DNA of 64,000 bases from IMG/VR virus record IMGVR_UViG_3300006924_000001; one strand, 5' to 3'. The stretch is from an uncultured virus (IMG/VR IMGVR_UViG_3300006924_000001) (Duplodnaviria; Heunggongvirae; Uroviricota; Caudoviricetes). Made by a program: the position numbers and the translations under genes. The notes under the pieces were generated by a model. It saw only the letters and a program-made list of their open reading frames with translations, was not told where the DNA came from and did not search any database. Of the stretch, positions 40,437 to 49,250 are shown piece after piece (the first letter of the stretch is position 1; each line of letters begins with the position of its first letter).

Positions 40437-40482
40437 TACCAAGTACCAACATTGGTACCAAGTACCAACTTTGGTACTAAGT
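40437..40482. repeat. 19-bp tandem repeat TACCAAGTACCAACWTTGG (~2.4 copies)
   Basis: Read directly from the sequence. Confidence 0.85.
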
Positions 40483-40621
40483 GAGAAATTGCACACCGTT
40501 TTTTAGTCGGGACTAAAAACCGAAATCGTTCGCAGAATTTAGTCGGGTGCCAGTGCGATAAAATGCGATTTAGTCGTAGAGTTATCGAAAAAGAAACCCC
40601 TTCAAAAAATCGCTATCGAAA

Positions 40622-40897
40622 TCAAAGAGCCGCTTCACACTTTGCGATTGTCGCCTTTAGTTCGGAAATACCGTTCATGTATGCGATTATACCAGCAGGG
40701 CTAAGTTGCCACGCTTTCCCAATTGGCGAATACTTGGCATCTTTGCCTGTGAACACCTCGGCACATATTTTCTTCGTTTTTTCATCGGAAGGGAACACTC
40801 CTGTGCTAACCCAAGTAGCGAACTCTTCCTCTTTCAATCTCAATTCTTCTTTCAATTTTTCAATCAATTTTTCAATCATGCTTTTCATCTCCGCCAT
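40622..40897 (-). CDS. Hypothetical coiled-coil protein
   Basis: GGTGA RBS; TATAAA upstream. Confidence 0.7.
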   Translation of the reverse strand: MAEMKSMIEKLIEKLKEELRLKEEEFATWVSTGVFPSDEKTKKICAEVFTGKDAKYSPIGKAWQLSPAGIIAYMNGISELKATIAKCEAAL

Positions 40898-41134
40898 TCA
40901 CCGGTTAAGTACCTGTAATCGGTACAAAGGGTGTTGCCCTTTTATACCCTCCGGAGTGGCATTCTCCTTTATTTAGTCGCGACTAAATGACACTACACTA
41001 AGCAGTATTTAGTCGGCACAATTTGACCAAAAATAGGATTTTCGATTAGTCGGTATCGAAATTTTAGTCGAGGGGTGGCCCCCGCCTGCAAGCGCACAGA
41101 CGAGGGCCGGAGGGTGAGCGGTGGTGGGTGCTGG

Positions 41135-41521
41135 TCAACCTTGTGCCTTTTCCCACGGTGAACCGACCGGTTCGGTGTAGTATGCCACCGCTTGCTCATT
41201 TCCAATCTCGTGCATCACAATGTCGGTGTGTGGACACATGATGATGAGGCGGTCAAGGGTTGCGTCGATGAGGTATCGAGGGACATAGGTCGGGACAGCG
41301 ATGTCGGGTGTGGCGGTGTAGGAGGCGGCGGCGGTGGAGTAGCCATGCGAACCAAGTAGGGTTTCGATGGTGTCGCTGAATTGGTTGAGTAGGTCGTCAA
41401 CACTCGGCGAGTTGTGGTCGAACACACACGAGTAGTACATCTGTACCACGGTGTCGAGAACCACAGGGTTCACGGGGTAGGTCGGAAGGCGGGCTTCGGG
41501 GGTTATGGTTTCTTGTGCCAT
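41135..41521 (-). CDS. Hypothetical protein
   Basis: Own promoter ACCGATACCTTTAAG ~25 nt upstream (leaderless). Confidence 0.7.
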   Translation of the reverse strand: MAQETITPEARLPTYPVNPVVLDTVVQMYYSCVFDHNSPSVDDLLNQFSDTIETLLGSHGYSTAAASYTATPDIAVPTYVPRYLIDATLDRLIIMCPHTDIVMHEIGNEQAVAYYTEPVGSPWEKAQG

Positions 41522-41917
41522 GTTTGTACCATAGTCACTCTCCCCTTAAAGGTATCGGTGATAGGCCGTTTTAGTCGGCCACAGGTAGCCCCTAATTGGG
41601 GGCCGCAGGCCCAATAACCGACTAAAGCGAAGGGTAACTAATACCCTTTAGTCGCGACTAAATGAGAAGGTTTGTTATTTTTTTAGTCGTTATTTGAGTA
41701 ATTTTAATTTTTTAGTCGAAATAAAAAAGACAAAAGATTTAGTCGAAAACCAAACCTATCGAAAAATTTAGTCGATAAAAAATTAGTCGAGAAATTAGTC
41801 GGTAAATTGTTTTAGTCGGGGTAAGAGAAAAGTATATAAGGGGTAGCCCAGCCCCCCGCCGAAGCGGGGTTCGGGCGGCTCCGGCATGATGCCGTACTTA
41901 GTCGTTGCTTTAGTCGC

Positions 41918-42121
41918 TCAAACAATCATTGTCCACTTGAACTGGATGAACCGGTGTTCCTTAAGGTTCGTGAACACTGTGACTGTGAAGGTTTGGAATG
42001 ACTCGCCGGTGCATTCGTCATGCTCGGTGGTCAAGCGGCCTGTGGGATAGTACCTCGGAAGGTCGTTCCATTGCTCTTCGTTTTCGTCTGTCAGTGCTGT
42101 GCTAATAATCATGTAGTCCAT
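41918..42121 (-). CDS. Small acidic hypothetical protein
   Basis: GGAGG RBS; box+TATA promoter at 42151-42183. Confidence 0.7.
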   Translation of the reverse strand: MDYMIISTALTDENEEQWNDLPRYYPTGRLTTEHDECTGESFQTFTVTVFTNLKEHRFIQFKWTMIV

Positions 42122-42150
42122 GTTTTTGCCTCCATATGTTGCTCACCTCG

Positions 42151-42183
42151 CTACTATTTAAGGTTATGGAGGGGCCGACTAAA
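42151..42183 (-). promoter_or_regulatory. TTTAGTCGG box + TTAAATAGTAG promoter
   Basis: Box starts 22 bp before the TATA box. Confidence 0.75.
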
Positions 42184-43092
42184 CGCCGATTTTGTGTCAG
42201 CAATGATAGTCTTACTTAGTCGCGACTAATTTATTACCCTCCCGTCGGCGCATTCGGGAAGCGGCACCCCACTCCTATGAGTATGTCGGGGTATATAACC
42301 TTTGCTTTGAGGCGAATTTTTAGTCGGGACTAATTTTATGGAGCGCAGTCGTGCTTTTAGTCGGTATTTGGCTTCGTCGGCTTCCAGTAGGGGGGAGTAG
42401 CGACCCTGTTCACTTTAACCGACTAAACGCTGTACTGCGGACTGATACTTTAGTCGAAATTTAAAATCTAGTCGCGACTAAAAAAGTGGGGCGCAGTCAC
42501 CTGTTTAGTCGTAATTCAGCGTTGGTATGCCACGACCTCCGACACGACGCCGGTGCCTCTAAACACCGACTAAACGAGGTACTGCGTGGCAGAAATTTAG
42601 TCGGGACTAAACAGTGATACGGGGTGCGTTTAGTAGCGACTAGAAAAATGTCTTTCAGTACAGCGTTTAGTCGAATTAAATCAGAATAAGAGTGGACTCC
42701 CCTACACAGCATCGAAAATTTTTAAGTGCGACTAAACGGTGTACTGCGTGGTGCGGGATTAGTCGGGACTAAAGGCATCACTGCGTTTTGGGGGGCGACT
42801 AAATGTTATTGACTACAAAAAAAGCGAATAACGACTAAAGTGACTAAGCATTTTCGGTCAATTTTGCAACATCGAATTTAGTCGAAAACCCAAAAGTTCA
42901 AAAATCGCCGAGAAATTTAGTCGTTATCAAATTGTTGCAAAATCGCCAAAACCACAAAAAAATTTAGTAGCGACTAACCCGCCAGCCGTTGCACCCGCTC
43001 CGCCGGTTTCTGTGGGTTTTATTTAGTCGAAATTATTTTCAGCCGAAAAATCGACAGGCCTCTCTAATAATACACTACGCACAAGATAAGCG

Positions 43093-43125
43093 TTTAGTCG
43101 GGGTACCGAAAGGCTTAAATAGTAG
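43093..43125 (+). promoter_or_regulatory. Early promoter (box-BRE-TATA)
   Basis: TTTAGTCGGGGTACCGAAAGGCTTAAATAGTAG. Confidence 0.8.
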
Positions 43126-43165
43126 TACATGTATGGGTAACTAAGACCCGAAGGAGATACCCCCA

Positions 43166-43318
43166 ATGAACCAACAAACCCGAACTGAAACCCTAACCGT
43201 GAAGGGCGTCGCATGTCAAAAGTGCGGTTGCCGAAAATTCCGACCGATAGGCCATTCGCTTGAGAATGTCCGATGTGTCCACTGTGGCACATTCACTTTC
43301 CTATGGGGTGCTGTGTGA
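43166..43318 (+). CDS. Zn-ribbon protein (50 aa)
   Basis: AGGAG RBS; CQKC...CVHC. Confidence 0.65.
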   Translation: MNQQTRTETLTVKGVACQKCGCRKFRPIGHSLENVRCVHCGTFTFLWGAV

Positions 43319-43437
43319 TGAACCAAACCTGTCAGCACTGCGACAAGTCCCACGACGACATCCGTCAAATCAAGGCCATGCACATTGTCCTCTCATGCCC
43401 TCGTTGCCTCGACATTTGGACAGGGAGGGTTCGCTGA
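43318..43437 (+). CDS. Zn-ribbon peptide (39 aa)
   Basis: TGATG coupling on both sides; CQHC...CPRC. Confidence 0.6.
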   Translation: MNQTCQHCDKSHDDIRQIKAMHIVLSCPRCLDIWTGRVR

Positions 43438-44882
43438 TGGTCACCGTCACTTCCCGCCTGTTCTCGCCGTACCTCCGCAGTCGTGCCGAGTCCTACCTCA
43501 AAAAGTTCGCCAAGCGAGCCAAAACCCACACGCCGGTCGAATGGCGCATTGACGAGAAGACGCTCGATGGAAAAGTATTCCGGAAAAACAAATCCGGCCC
43601 CTTCGTCGCCACCGACGGCTCCCGCTACTCGCTGGCAAAAACGCCTCGCCTCACCCGACTCACCGGAACCTCTCTCACGCACCAGCAACTCACCGCTCTC
43701 AAACATCGGCGACCGCTTCCACCGGAAACCTTCGACGCTCGGTATCTTCCGCACCCGATGCTTCAAATTGTCGTGGACTACGAGCCACCCAGCGATTGGT
43801 CCGTGGTCGCCGTCTGCGACCCAGCCGACCCCAACAATCCGACCGGCTCCCCTGCGATTTGGACCCCGATGTTCGGCGAAAAATTGCCCGACAAAATCGG
43901 TAGGCGGAAACGCCCCGAAAAATTCCTCGACCACTGCGACCACTGCACCAGCGGTCCACGGCGGCGAAAACGCACCCTCATCCTCCGCTCGCCGAAAGGC
44001 TCAACGAAAATCGTTGGCTCGACCTGTCTGTTTTCCTACACCGGTATCAGTCCCGAAGACCTCGAAAAATTGATGAACATCGCCACTCGCCCACCTCCCG
44101 ATGAGGCCGGTGGTGGCTACTTCGGCGGTCGTGCCTACACGACCACACACCCGACCTCGGTCCTCAACGATTTGGTGGCGGCATACGCTCTCAAAAATCG
44201 GGACTATCGCTCCGGCATGGGTTCGATGCTTCTCAACGGCGTTGCCGAGTTCCACGGCGATGAAGTCGCTGTCGGCATTGTCCACATGCAAACGAAAAAG
44301 TTCACCGAATCGTTCCGCATCGCAAATGTGTGGCCGAAACGGTTCAAGGGTCGCCAAAAGATGGAAGACCTCGCTTATCTCGTGGAACACACGCCCGACT
44401 CTCAAATGCTCTCGCTCTCCTTCGCCTCGGCCATCGAAGCGATGAAAGACGACCGGCCCAGCGAATTTTCCCGAAAAGTTCTCTCGGTTGCCGAGTCCGG
44501 CATGGTGTACAAGAAGACTTGGAATGTGTACGCCGGTGCCTCATCACGATGGCTCAAGACCGTTCACGCCGAATGGTTCGATGCTGTCGAAGAGGCGAAG
44601 CCAAAGGAAACCACCAAACGCCTCCCTCATGGTGTGGGCGAGCGCATCACGGTGGAATGCCGATTCGTTGAGCAACGCATCACACGCAACGGCTACACGC
44701 TCACGGAATTTGTCACCGAAAAGAACGAGGCCATCGTATCTTTCGGCAAATTCGATTACAAACGCTATGGCCTCAAACCGAACCAGCGCATCACGCTCAC
44801 GGGTACCGTCAAGCGACACGGCTCCTTCCGTGACAACGAATCCACAACCCTCAACCGGTTGACCGTGGAGGCGAAAGAGTGA
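43437..44882 (+). CDS. Viral protein with a CDHC...VGSTC motif and C-terminal OB-fold
   Basis: GVGERITV...ITLTGTVKRH...TTLNR OB-like tail; GGAGG RBS. Confidence 0.7.
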   Translation: MVTVTSRLFSPYLRSRAESYLKKFAKRAKTHTPVEWRIDEKTLDGKVFRKNKSGPFVATDGSRYSLAKTPRLTRLTGTSLTHQQLTALKHRRPLPPETFDARYLPHPMLQIVVDYEPPSDWSVVAVCDPADPNNPTGSPAIWTPMFGEKLPDKIGRRKRPEKFLDHCDHCTSGPRRRKRTLILRSPKGSTKIVGSTCLFSYTGISPEDLEKLMNIATRPPPDEAGGGYFGGRAYTTTHPTSVLNDLVAAYALKNRDYRSGMGSMLLNGVAEFHGDEVAVGIVHMQTKKFTESFRIANVWPKRFKGRQKMEDLAYLVEHTPDSQMLSLSFASAIEAMKDDRPSEFSRKVLSVAESGMVYKKTWNVYAGASSRWLKTVHAEWFDAVEEAKPKETTKRLPHGVGERITVECRFVEQRITRNGYTLTEFVTEKNEAIVSFGKFDYKRYGLKPNQRITLTGTVKRHGSFRDNESTTLNRLTVEAKE

Positions 44883-45406
44883 ACAGAATTTTACGGGAAC
44901 ATCAAATCGAACAGTCCAACAACCCGGATAATCCAAACCAAAACAAGTGCGCCCAAGCGGTCGCAAAATGGTTGGGTGTTGCCGACAAGGTGCGGTACCT
45001 GCACAGCATTCACGATGTAGTGCGAGCCGCTCGCACGAGATTCACAGTCCGCAGTCGCTTGAGCGAAGCCAAGAAATTATTACCGAAAAAGAAATTGACG
45101 GTTTCACAATTCCGAAAAATCGCACAGGACATTTCCGACAAGGCGTATGGCGGCGAAGTCCGCAAGGCCACATACTATTGTCCCAACACTCAAAAGTCTT
45201 GGATTGAAGAAACCCGCACCTGCTACAACCCTGCGGCGTTCATCATCCGTACCCCAAACCACGCCATCGGCCTCGACAGTACAGGCAAGGTCGTGGTTGA
45301 TACCGCTCCCCGAAAGTCCGACAGGCGAACCGTCACCCATGTGTACATGGTGTGCTGGGACAAGCCAACGAAGACCGAACTCTTTGGAGGTTTTGTCGAA
45401 GAATGA
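44879..45406 (+). CDS. Hypothetical protein, possible papain-like Cys-His-Asp fold
   Basis: NKCAQAVA...NHAIGL...VVDT. Confidence 0.55.
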   Translation: MNRILREHQIEQSNNPDNPNQNKCAQAVAKWLGVADKVRYLHSIHDVVRAARTRFTVRSRLSEAKKLLPKKKLTVSQFRKIAQDISDKAYGGEVRKATYYCPNTQKSWIEETRTCYNPAAFIIRTPNHAIGLDSTGKVVVDTAPRKSDRRTVTHVYMVCWDKPTKTELFGGFVEE

Positions 45407-45417
45407 GGGTAGTAGTG

Positions 45418-45450
45418 TTTAGTCGGGTCACCGAAACCTTTAAATAGTAG
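45418..45450 (+). promoter_or_regulatory. Early promoter (box-BRE-TATA)
   Basis: TTTAGTCGGGTCACCGAAACCTTTAAATAGTAG. Confidence 0.8.
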
Positions 45451-45525
45451 GGCGATAATCTCTATTTGTAAGCGGACAAAGCCGACAACACACTGAAACA
45501 AACAAAAAACATGGAAGGAATTATT

Positions 45526-45918
45526 ATGACGAAAAAAATACACATACCAGCAAACATTGAAGACGAATTTTGGGAGGTCACAGACCCCACCCAATTTGTG
45601 AGAACATACAACGCCCTGCGACGACGACGGGGACAGATTGCGATGGTGCCACGGCTACACGCCACGCCTCTCAAGAACAGCGTACAAATCAACTTGGGTA
45701 CCGGCTACTCCGCCGACGGCTATTGGTTTGACATGACGAACAAGCAGACCGAAGAACTGCTCACCAAACACGCCAACGCACAACCGCATCGGTTCCGTGA
45801 CTGCGTTTCAACGCCAGCCGTTCGATTCAAGATTTCCCGATGGCACATTTCTGTTTGGTGCTATCACGAAACCGACAGCACACGCAACAAGGACAACAAC
45901 TGGGGTGGGGAAGAATGA
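45526..45918 (+). CDS. Hypothetical protein
   Basis: First ORF after the promoter; alternative start at 45511. Confidence 0.7.
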   Translation: MTKKIHIPANIEDEFWEVTDPTQFVRTYNALRRRRGQIAMVPRLHATPLKNSVQINLGTGYSADGYWFDMTNKQTEELLTKHANAQPHRFRDCVSTPAVRFKISRWHISVWCYHETDSTRNKDNNWGGEE

Positions 45919-46409
45919 GCGCACCCAAAGTGTACATTGCTTGCCTCGCATCCTACAACAACGGGATTCTCCGTGGCGCATGGAGAAGTGCCGACGACTT
46001 GCAACGAGGTTGGCGACACCCCAACGGGTGGATTGAAGGCGACGGAGAATGGGCGATTCACGATTATGACGGCGTTCCCAACATCGGCGAAAATCCCGAC
46101 ATTGACTTCCTCATCGAAGTCATGCACTGCATCGAAGAACACGGCGACGGATTCTTCCGATGGTTTGAGAACGATTCATGGAACATGTCGCACCTCAAAG
46201 GCGAACTTTCCGAGCGGTTCCAAGAACAATACAGGGGAGAATACGATTCACCCAAAGCGTTCGCCGAAGAATTTGCCAACGAAGTCGGTTGGCTTTCAAA
46301 CCACAACAACAACCCACTGTTCCGCTATGTGGACTTTGATTGGTATTGGAAAGCCGACCTGCGTCACTCTTTCACCTTCTCTCACGGCCATGTGTGGTGT
46401 TGCGAATGA
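45915..46409 (+). CDS. ardA: ArdA-family antirestriction (DNA mimic) protein
   Basis: KVYIACLASYNNG.L.G.W, EWAIHDYD, YRGEYDS, FAEE and YVDFD; acidic. Confidence 0.88.
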   Translation: MSAPKVYIACLASYNNGILRGAWRSADDLQRGWRHPNGWIEGDGEWAIHDYDGVPNIGENPDIDFLIEVMHCIEEHGDGFFRWFENDSWNMSHLKGELSERFQEQYRGEYDSPKAFAEEFANEVGWLSNHNNNPLFRYVDFDWYWKADLRHSFTFSHGHVWCCE

Positions 46410-46543
46410 TTGGAATTGGAGAAGTGAAGAAAGGCGAGAGTGCGGCTATGAAAATCATGGCACTGATGTTCAACCGACCCGAAGGTGAGGGTTGGATATG
46501 GGACAGGCACACTGCTTGTTGGCAAAGGGAGGTGGTCGCATGA
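46406..46543 (+). CDS. Small hypothetical protein
   Basis: ATGA overlaps on both sides. Confidence 0.45.
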   Translation: MIGIGEVKKGESAAMKIMALMFNRPEGEGWIWDRHTACWQREVVA

Positions 46544-46722
46544 GTCACGAAAAATTCGTCGGCCACTCGGCCAACCGACCTTGCGAATACCCATCATGCA
46601 CAGTCGCCATCTACGGAAGAAGGTTCATCATTTACAGCGACCGGACCCTCCCTCTCACGCAGGGTACCCGTCTTGAAGTGTGTCAGTCTTGCTACTCAAA
46701 GTTCTTCGGGGTGTTTGAATGA
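46540..46722 (+). CDS. Zn-finger protein
   Basis: GGAGGTG RBS; CEYPSC...CQSC. Confidence 0.6.
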   Translation: MSHEKFVGHSANRPCEYPSCTVAIYGRRFIIYSDRTLPLTQGTRLEVCQSCYSKFFGVFE

Positions 46723-47093
46723 TTCACATTCACGCCATCAAAACCCTCGGTCGAAACGACGAACGAGCAGAACTTCGTGCGCTTCCCGCCGATGCCGTTT
46801 GCGCCAACAAAACGCACTTCCATTCCATTGTGCGGTTGTACAACGACGAAGACCACATCATCGACCTTGAACAAGCCACAAACCAAGTTCTCGGACTCAA
46901 CGACGACAAAGAAACAAAGGTGTTCTATTGGTACAAGGTTGGCCCCGAATACTGGTACAAGGCTGACCCCGAAAGCGACTTTCACTATTCCGCTTTCATC
47001 GCCGTCGATTCTTTTGGCTCCGCAAACCACGAGTGGGCCAAGCAAGAAGCAAGGCACCGAAGGTGGAGTTCCGTAGGAGTGTGTACCCGATGA
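46719..47093 (+). CDS. Hypothetical protein
   Basis: ATGA coupling; coding-like codon bias. Confidence 0.65.
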   Translation: MIHIHAIKTLGRNDERAELRALPADAVCANKTHFHSIVRLYNDEDHIIDLEQATNQVLGLNDDKETKVFYWYKVGPEYWYKADPESDFHYSAFIAVDSFGSANHEWAKQEARHRRWSSVGVCTR

Positions 47094-47242
47094 CAATTCT
47101 GTGTTCACTGGTTGAACGGGCCTTGAAGGTCTTGAACTCATGCCCTACGCCCGAAGAGATGAACGAAGAGGGCTTCTGTATGGCCCACTTTTACTCGGAA
47201 ATGGCGTGTGCCGCCGCAGACATTTTGGAGGGGAAAGAATGA
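47090..47242 (+). CDS. Small hypothetical protein
   Basis: ATGA coupling. Confidence 0.5.
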   Translation: MTILCSLVERALKVLNSCPTPEEMNEEGFCMAHFYSEMACAAADILEGKE

Positions 47243-47535
47243 ACGGAAGAAAGGACTTCACCATTGATATTATCGAAAAAGTAATATCCGAAATGATTGG
47301 CGACGAAACCAGCGGCGACGGAGTGTACCTCCAAGACCGATTGATGTGGGTTTCACAGGTCAACATGATACGCATGACATGCCAAACATGCGGCACCGAA
47401 TTTGTCGGGCCGGACTACAATGTGTACCACATGCTCGCCACGCACGACTTCGGCCACCGCAAGGAATTTGAAATGGCGGAACTCAACACCGCTATGGGTG
47501 ACGACGACGAACCGCAAGGGGGTGCAATACTTTGA
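47239..47535 (+). CDS. C2H2-like Zn-finger protein
   Basis: CQTC...H...H. Confidence 0.6.
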   Translation: MNGRKDFTIDIIEKVISEMIGDETSGDGVYLQDRLMWVSQVNMIRMTCQTCGTEFVGPDYNVYHMLATHDFGHRKEFEMAELNTAMGDDDEPQGGAIL

Positions 47536-47882
47536 CGACAAAATTAACTTCAAGGTGCATGGATGAAATGTTCAAAATGATGCGCTACCATTCACGGGTT
47601 GGAAGAAGGCCCGTGACCTTCACCCGTACCGAACTGTACAATTTGATGGAGAAGGTTTGGCCGTATGTGTCAAAATCACCACTGCGGAATCACTTTCCAA
47701 CAACCGCAGTATGGGCGCAGTACACCCGCAAGCACAACGCTCACGAAGAAAACACCTCAAGTATTGTTTCGACAAGACAATGGCGAACAGAATACGAAGA
47801 CGGCACGAAAGTGCAACGCCAAACCACTCGCTGGGCTGTCCACTTGCCCCCACACCACAGGGGGCTTGAGGACTCGCAGTGA
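47532..47882 (+). CDS. Hypothetical protein, possible winged helix
   Basis: FTRTELYNLM...HFPTTAVWAQ. Confidence 0.55.
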   Translation: MTTKLTSRCMDEMFKMMRYHSRVGRRPVTFTRTELYNLMEKVWPYVSKSPLRNHFPTTAVWAQYTRKHNAHEENTSSIVSTRQWRTEYEDGTKVQRQTTRWAVHLPPHHRGLEDSQ

Positions 47883-47897
47883 AACGGTGTGTGTGTG

Positions 47898-47930
47898 TTT
47901 AGTCGGCCTACCGAAAGACTTAAATAGTAG
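47898..47930 (+). promoter_or_regulatory. Early promoter (box-BRE-TATA)
   Basis: TTTAGTCGGCCTACCGAAAGACTTAAATAGTAG. Confidence 0.8.
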
Positions 47931-48026
47931 GAAGGATTAGTTAATTTGTAGGCGGAACAAGCCGACAAGCCGACAACGCACTACACCAAACCCAAAAAAC
48001 AAATGAAAAAAACGGAGATGAAAAAT

Positions 48027-48998
48027 ATGAGCAGAATGATAGCCGCATATATGACGATGGGCCAACAGGCCCGTGGAGATAACACCGCCGAGGTACTTGC
48101 CAATGCTGGCATGGACTTCGGTGTGAAGACCGAACCGCTGTACACAGCACAGGGCCGAGAAGTCCGAAGCAAGTTCCAGCGTGTTGCAAGAACAGACAAC
48201 GACCATACATTGGGAGTCGTGGGTAAAACCTACAATGTCTTGCAAAACGAAGAACTGCTTGCGATGGCTGACACCCTTGTGGGAACAGGCGAGATTGAAT
48301 GGGACCGAGTGGGAATGATTGACGGAGGCTCACGCCTTTACGCATCCTTCGCCTTGCCCGACACCTTCCGCATCGACGGCTGGGATGACCTCAACCAGTA
48401 CATCTATCTCACCAACGCCCATGACGGGTCGCAAGGTGTGCGATGTGTACCGACCAATGTCCGACTTGGTTGCACCAACCAGTTCCGCCACGCTATGTCA
48501 AGCCTCAAGCGGGCTGGCATCAACCCCCGTGACCTCTCAATCCGACACTCATCGAAGATGCACGACCGGCTCGCTGAAATGCGACACGCAATCAAATTGA
48601 CTGACACGCTCAATCAAAATTTTGCGGACACTGCTGGCGAATTGCTGACCGTCGAGATGGATTCTGTTGACAGGGCCGAATACTACATCGACATTCTCGG
48701 CCTCAAGACCGACGAAAAATTGCGTGATGGTGAAAATGAACACGGCCTCAAGACCCGTGGACTCAACACCATGAACCACCTTCTCGCCCTTGAGAAGTCC
48801 CGCACGAACAACACTTCTGCGATGCGTGACACCGCTTGGCAATCGTTCAATGTCGTCACCGAATACATCGACCACGCATGGGTCCACAACGCCGCTGGCA
48901 CCGTGAACCAAAAGCGAGTCGAATCCGCCGTTCTCGGCGTCGGTTCCAACACAAAGGCAAAAGCATGGGATGAGGTGGTCGCCCGAATCATCGCTTGA
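48027..48998 (+). CDS. DUF932 (TIGR03299-like) phage/plasmid protein
   Basis: RTD....LGVVGK.Y.VLQN, NAHDGS, VRLGCTNQ, IRHS and TAW..FN.VTEY.DH. Confidence 0.85.
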   Translation: MSRMIAAYMTMGQQARGDNTAEVLANAGMDFGVKTEPLYTAQGREVRSKFQRVARTDNDHTLGVVGKTYNVLQNEELLAMADTLVGTGEIEWDRVGMIDGGSRLYASFALPDTFRIDGWDDLNQYIYLTNAHDGSQGVRCVPTNVRLGCTNQFRHAMSSLKRAGINPRDLSIRHSSKMHDRLAEMRHAIKLTDTLNQNFADTAGELLTVEMDSVDRAEYYIDILGLKTDEKLRDGENEHGLKTRGLNTMNHLLALEKSRTNNTSAMRDTAWQSFNVVTEYIDHAWVHNAAGTVNQKRVESAVLGVGSNTKAKAWDEVVARIIA

Positions 48999-49088
48999 GT
49001 TGCCGATGTGACCGTGAATGACGGCCAGCCACGATGCTTGCCCGACACCAACACATTCCAAACACAAAAAAACAATGGAGGAAATACT

Positions 49089-49250
49089 ATGCAAAAAATA
49101 CAGATACCAAAAAGAGCCAAGCCAACAGCAGACATACCAGCCGCAGACCTCAATGCGTGGGGCTATCCCGACGCCAACAAGTGGTCATTTGTCGGCTACG
49201 GAAGTACACCGGTGGGCAAAAAAGACTTCGCATGGTGGGTGAAAGCATGA
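49089..49250 (+). CDS. Small hypothetical protein
   Basis: GGAGG RBS. Confidence 0.6.
   Translation: MQKIQIPKRAKPTADIPAADLNAWGYPDANKWSFVGYGSTPVGKKDFAWWVKA

Larger units (their letters stand above)
40500..43102. repeat. Dense array of TTTAGTCG/CGACTAAA boxes, including TTAGTCGSGACTAA palindromes
   Basis: About 40 copies counted by eye, with irregular spacing. Confidence 0.95.

Noticed and set aside
40500..43102. CRISPR or mini-CRISPR array
   Set aside because: Repeats are only 8-16 bp, occur in both orientations and are irregularly spaced; there is no constant repeat-spacer period.
43260..43436. N-terminal extension of the 540-aa ORF in the track
   Set aside because: The region is better explained by two coupled Zn-ribbon ORFs; the RBS and TGATG overlap support a start at 43437.
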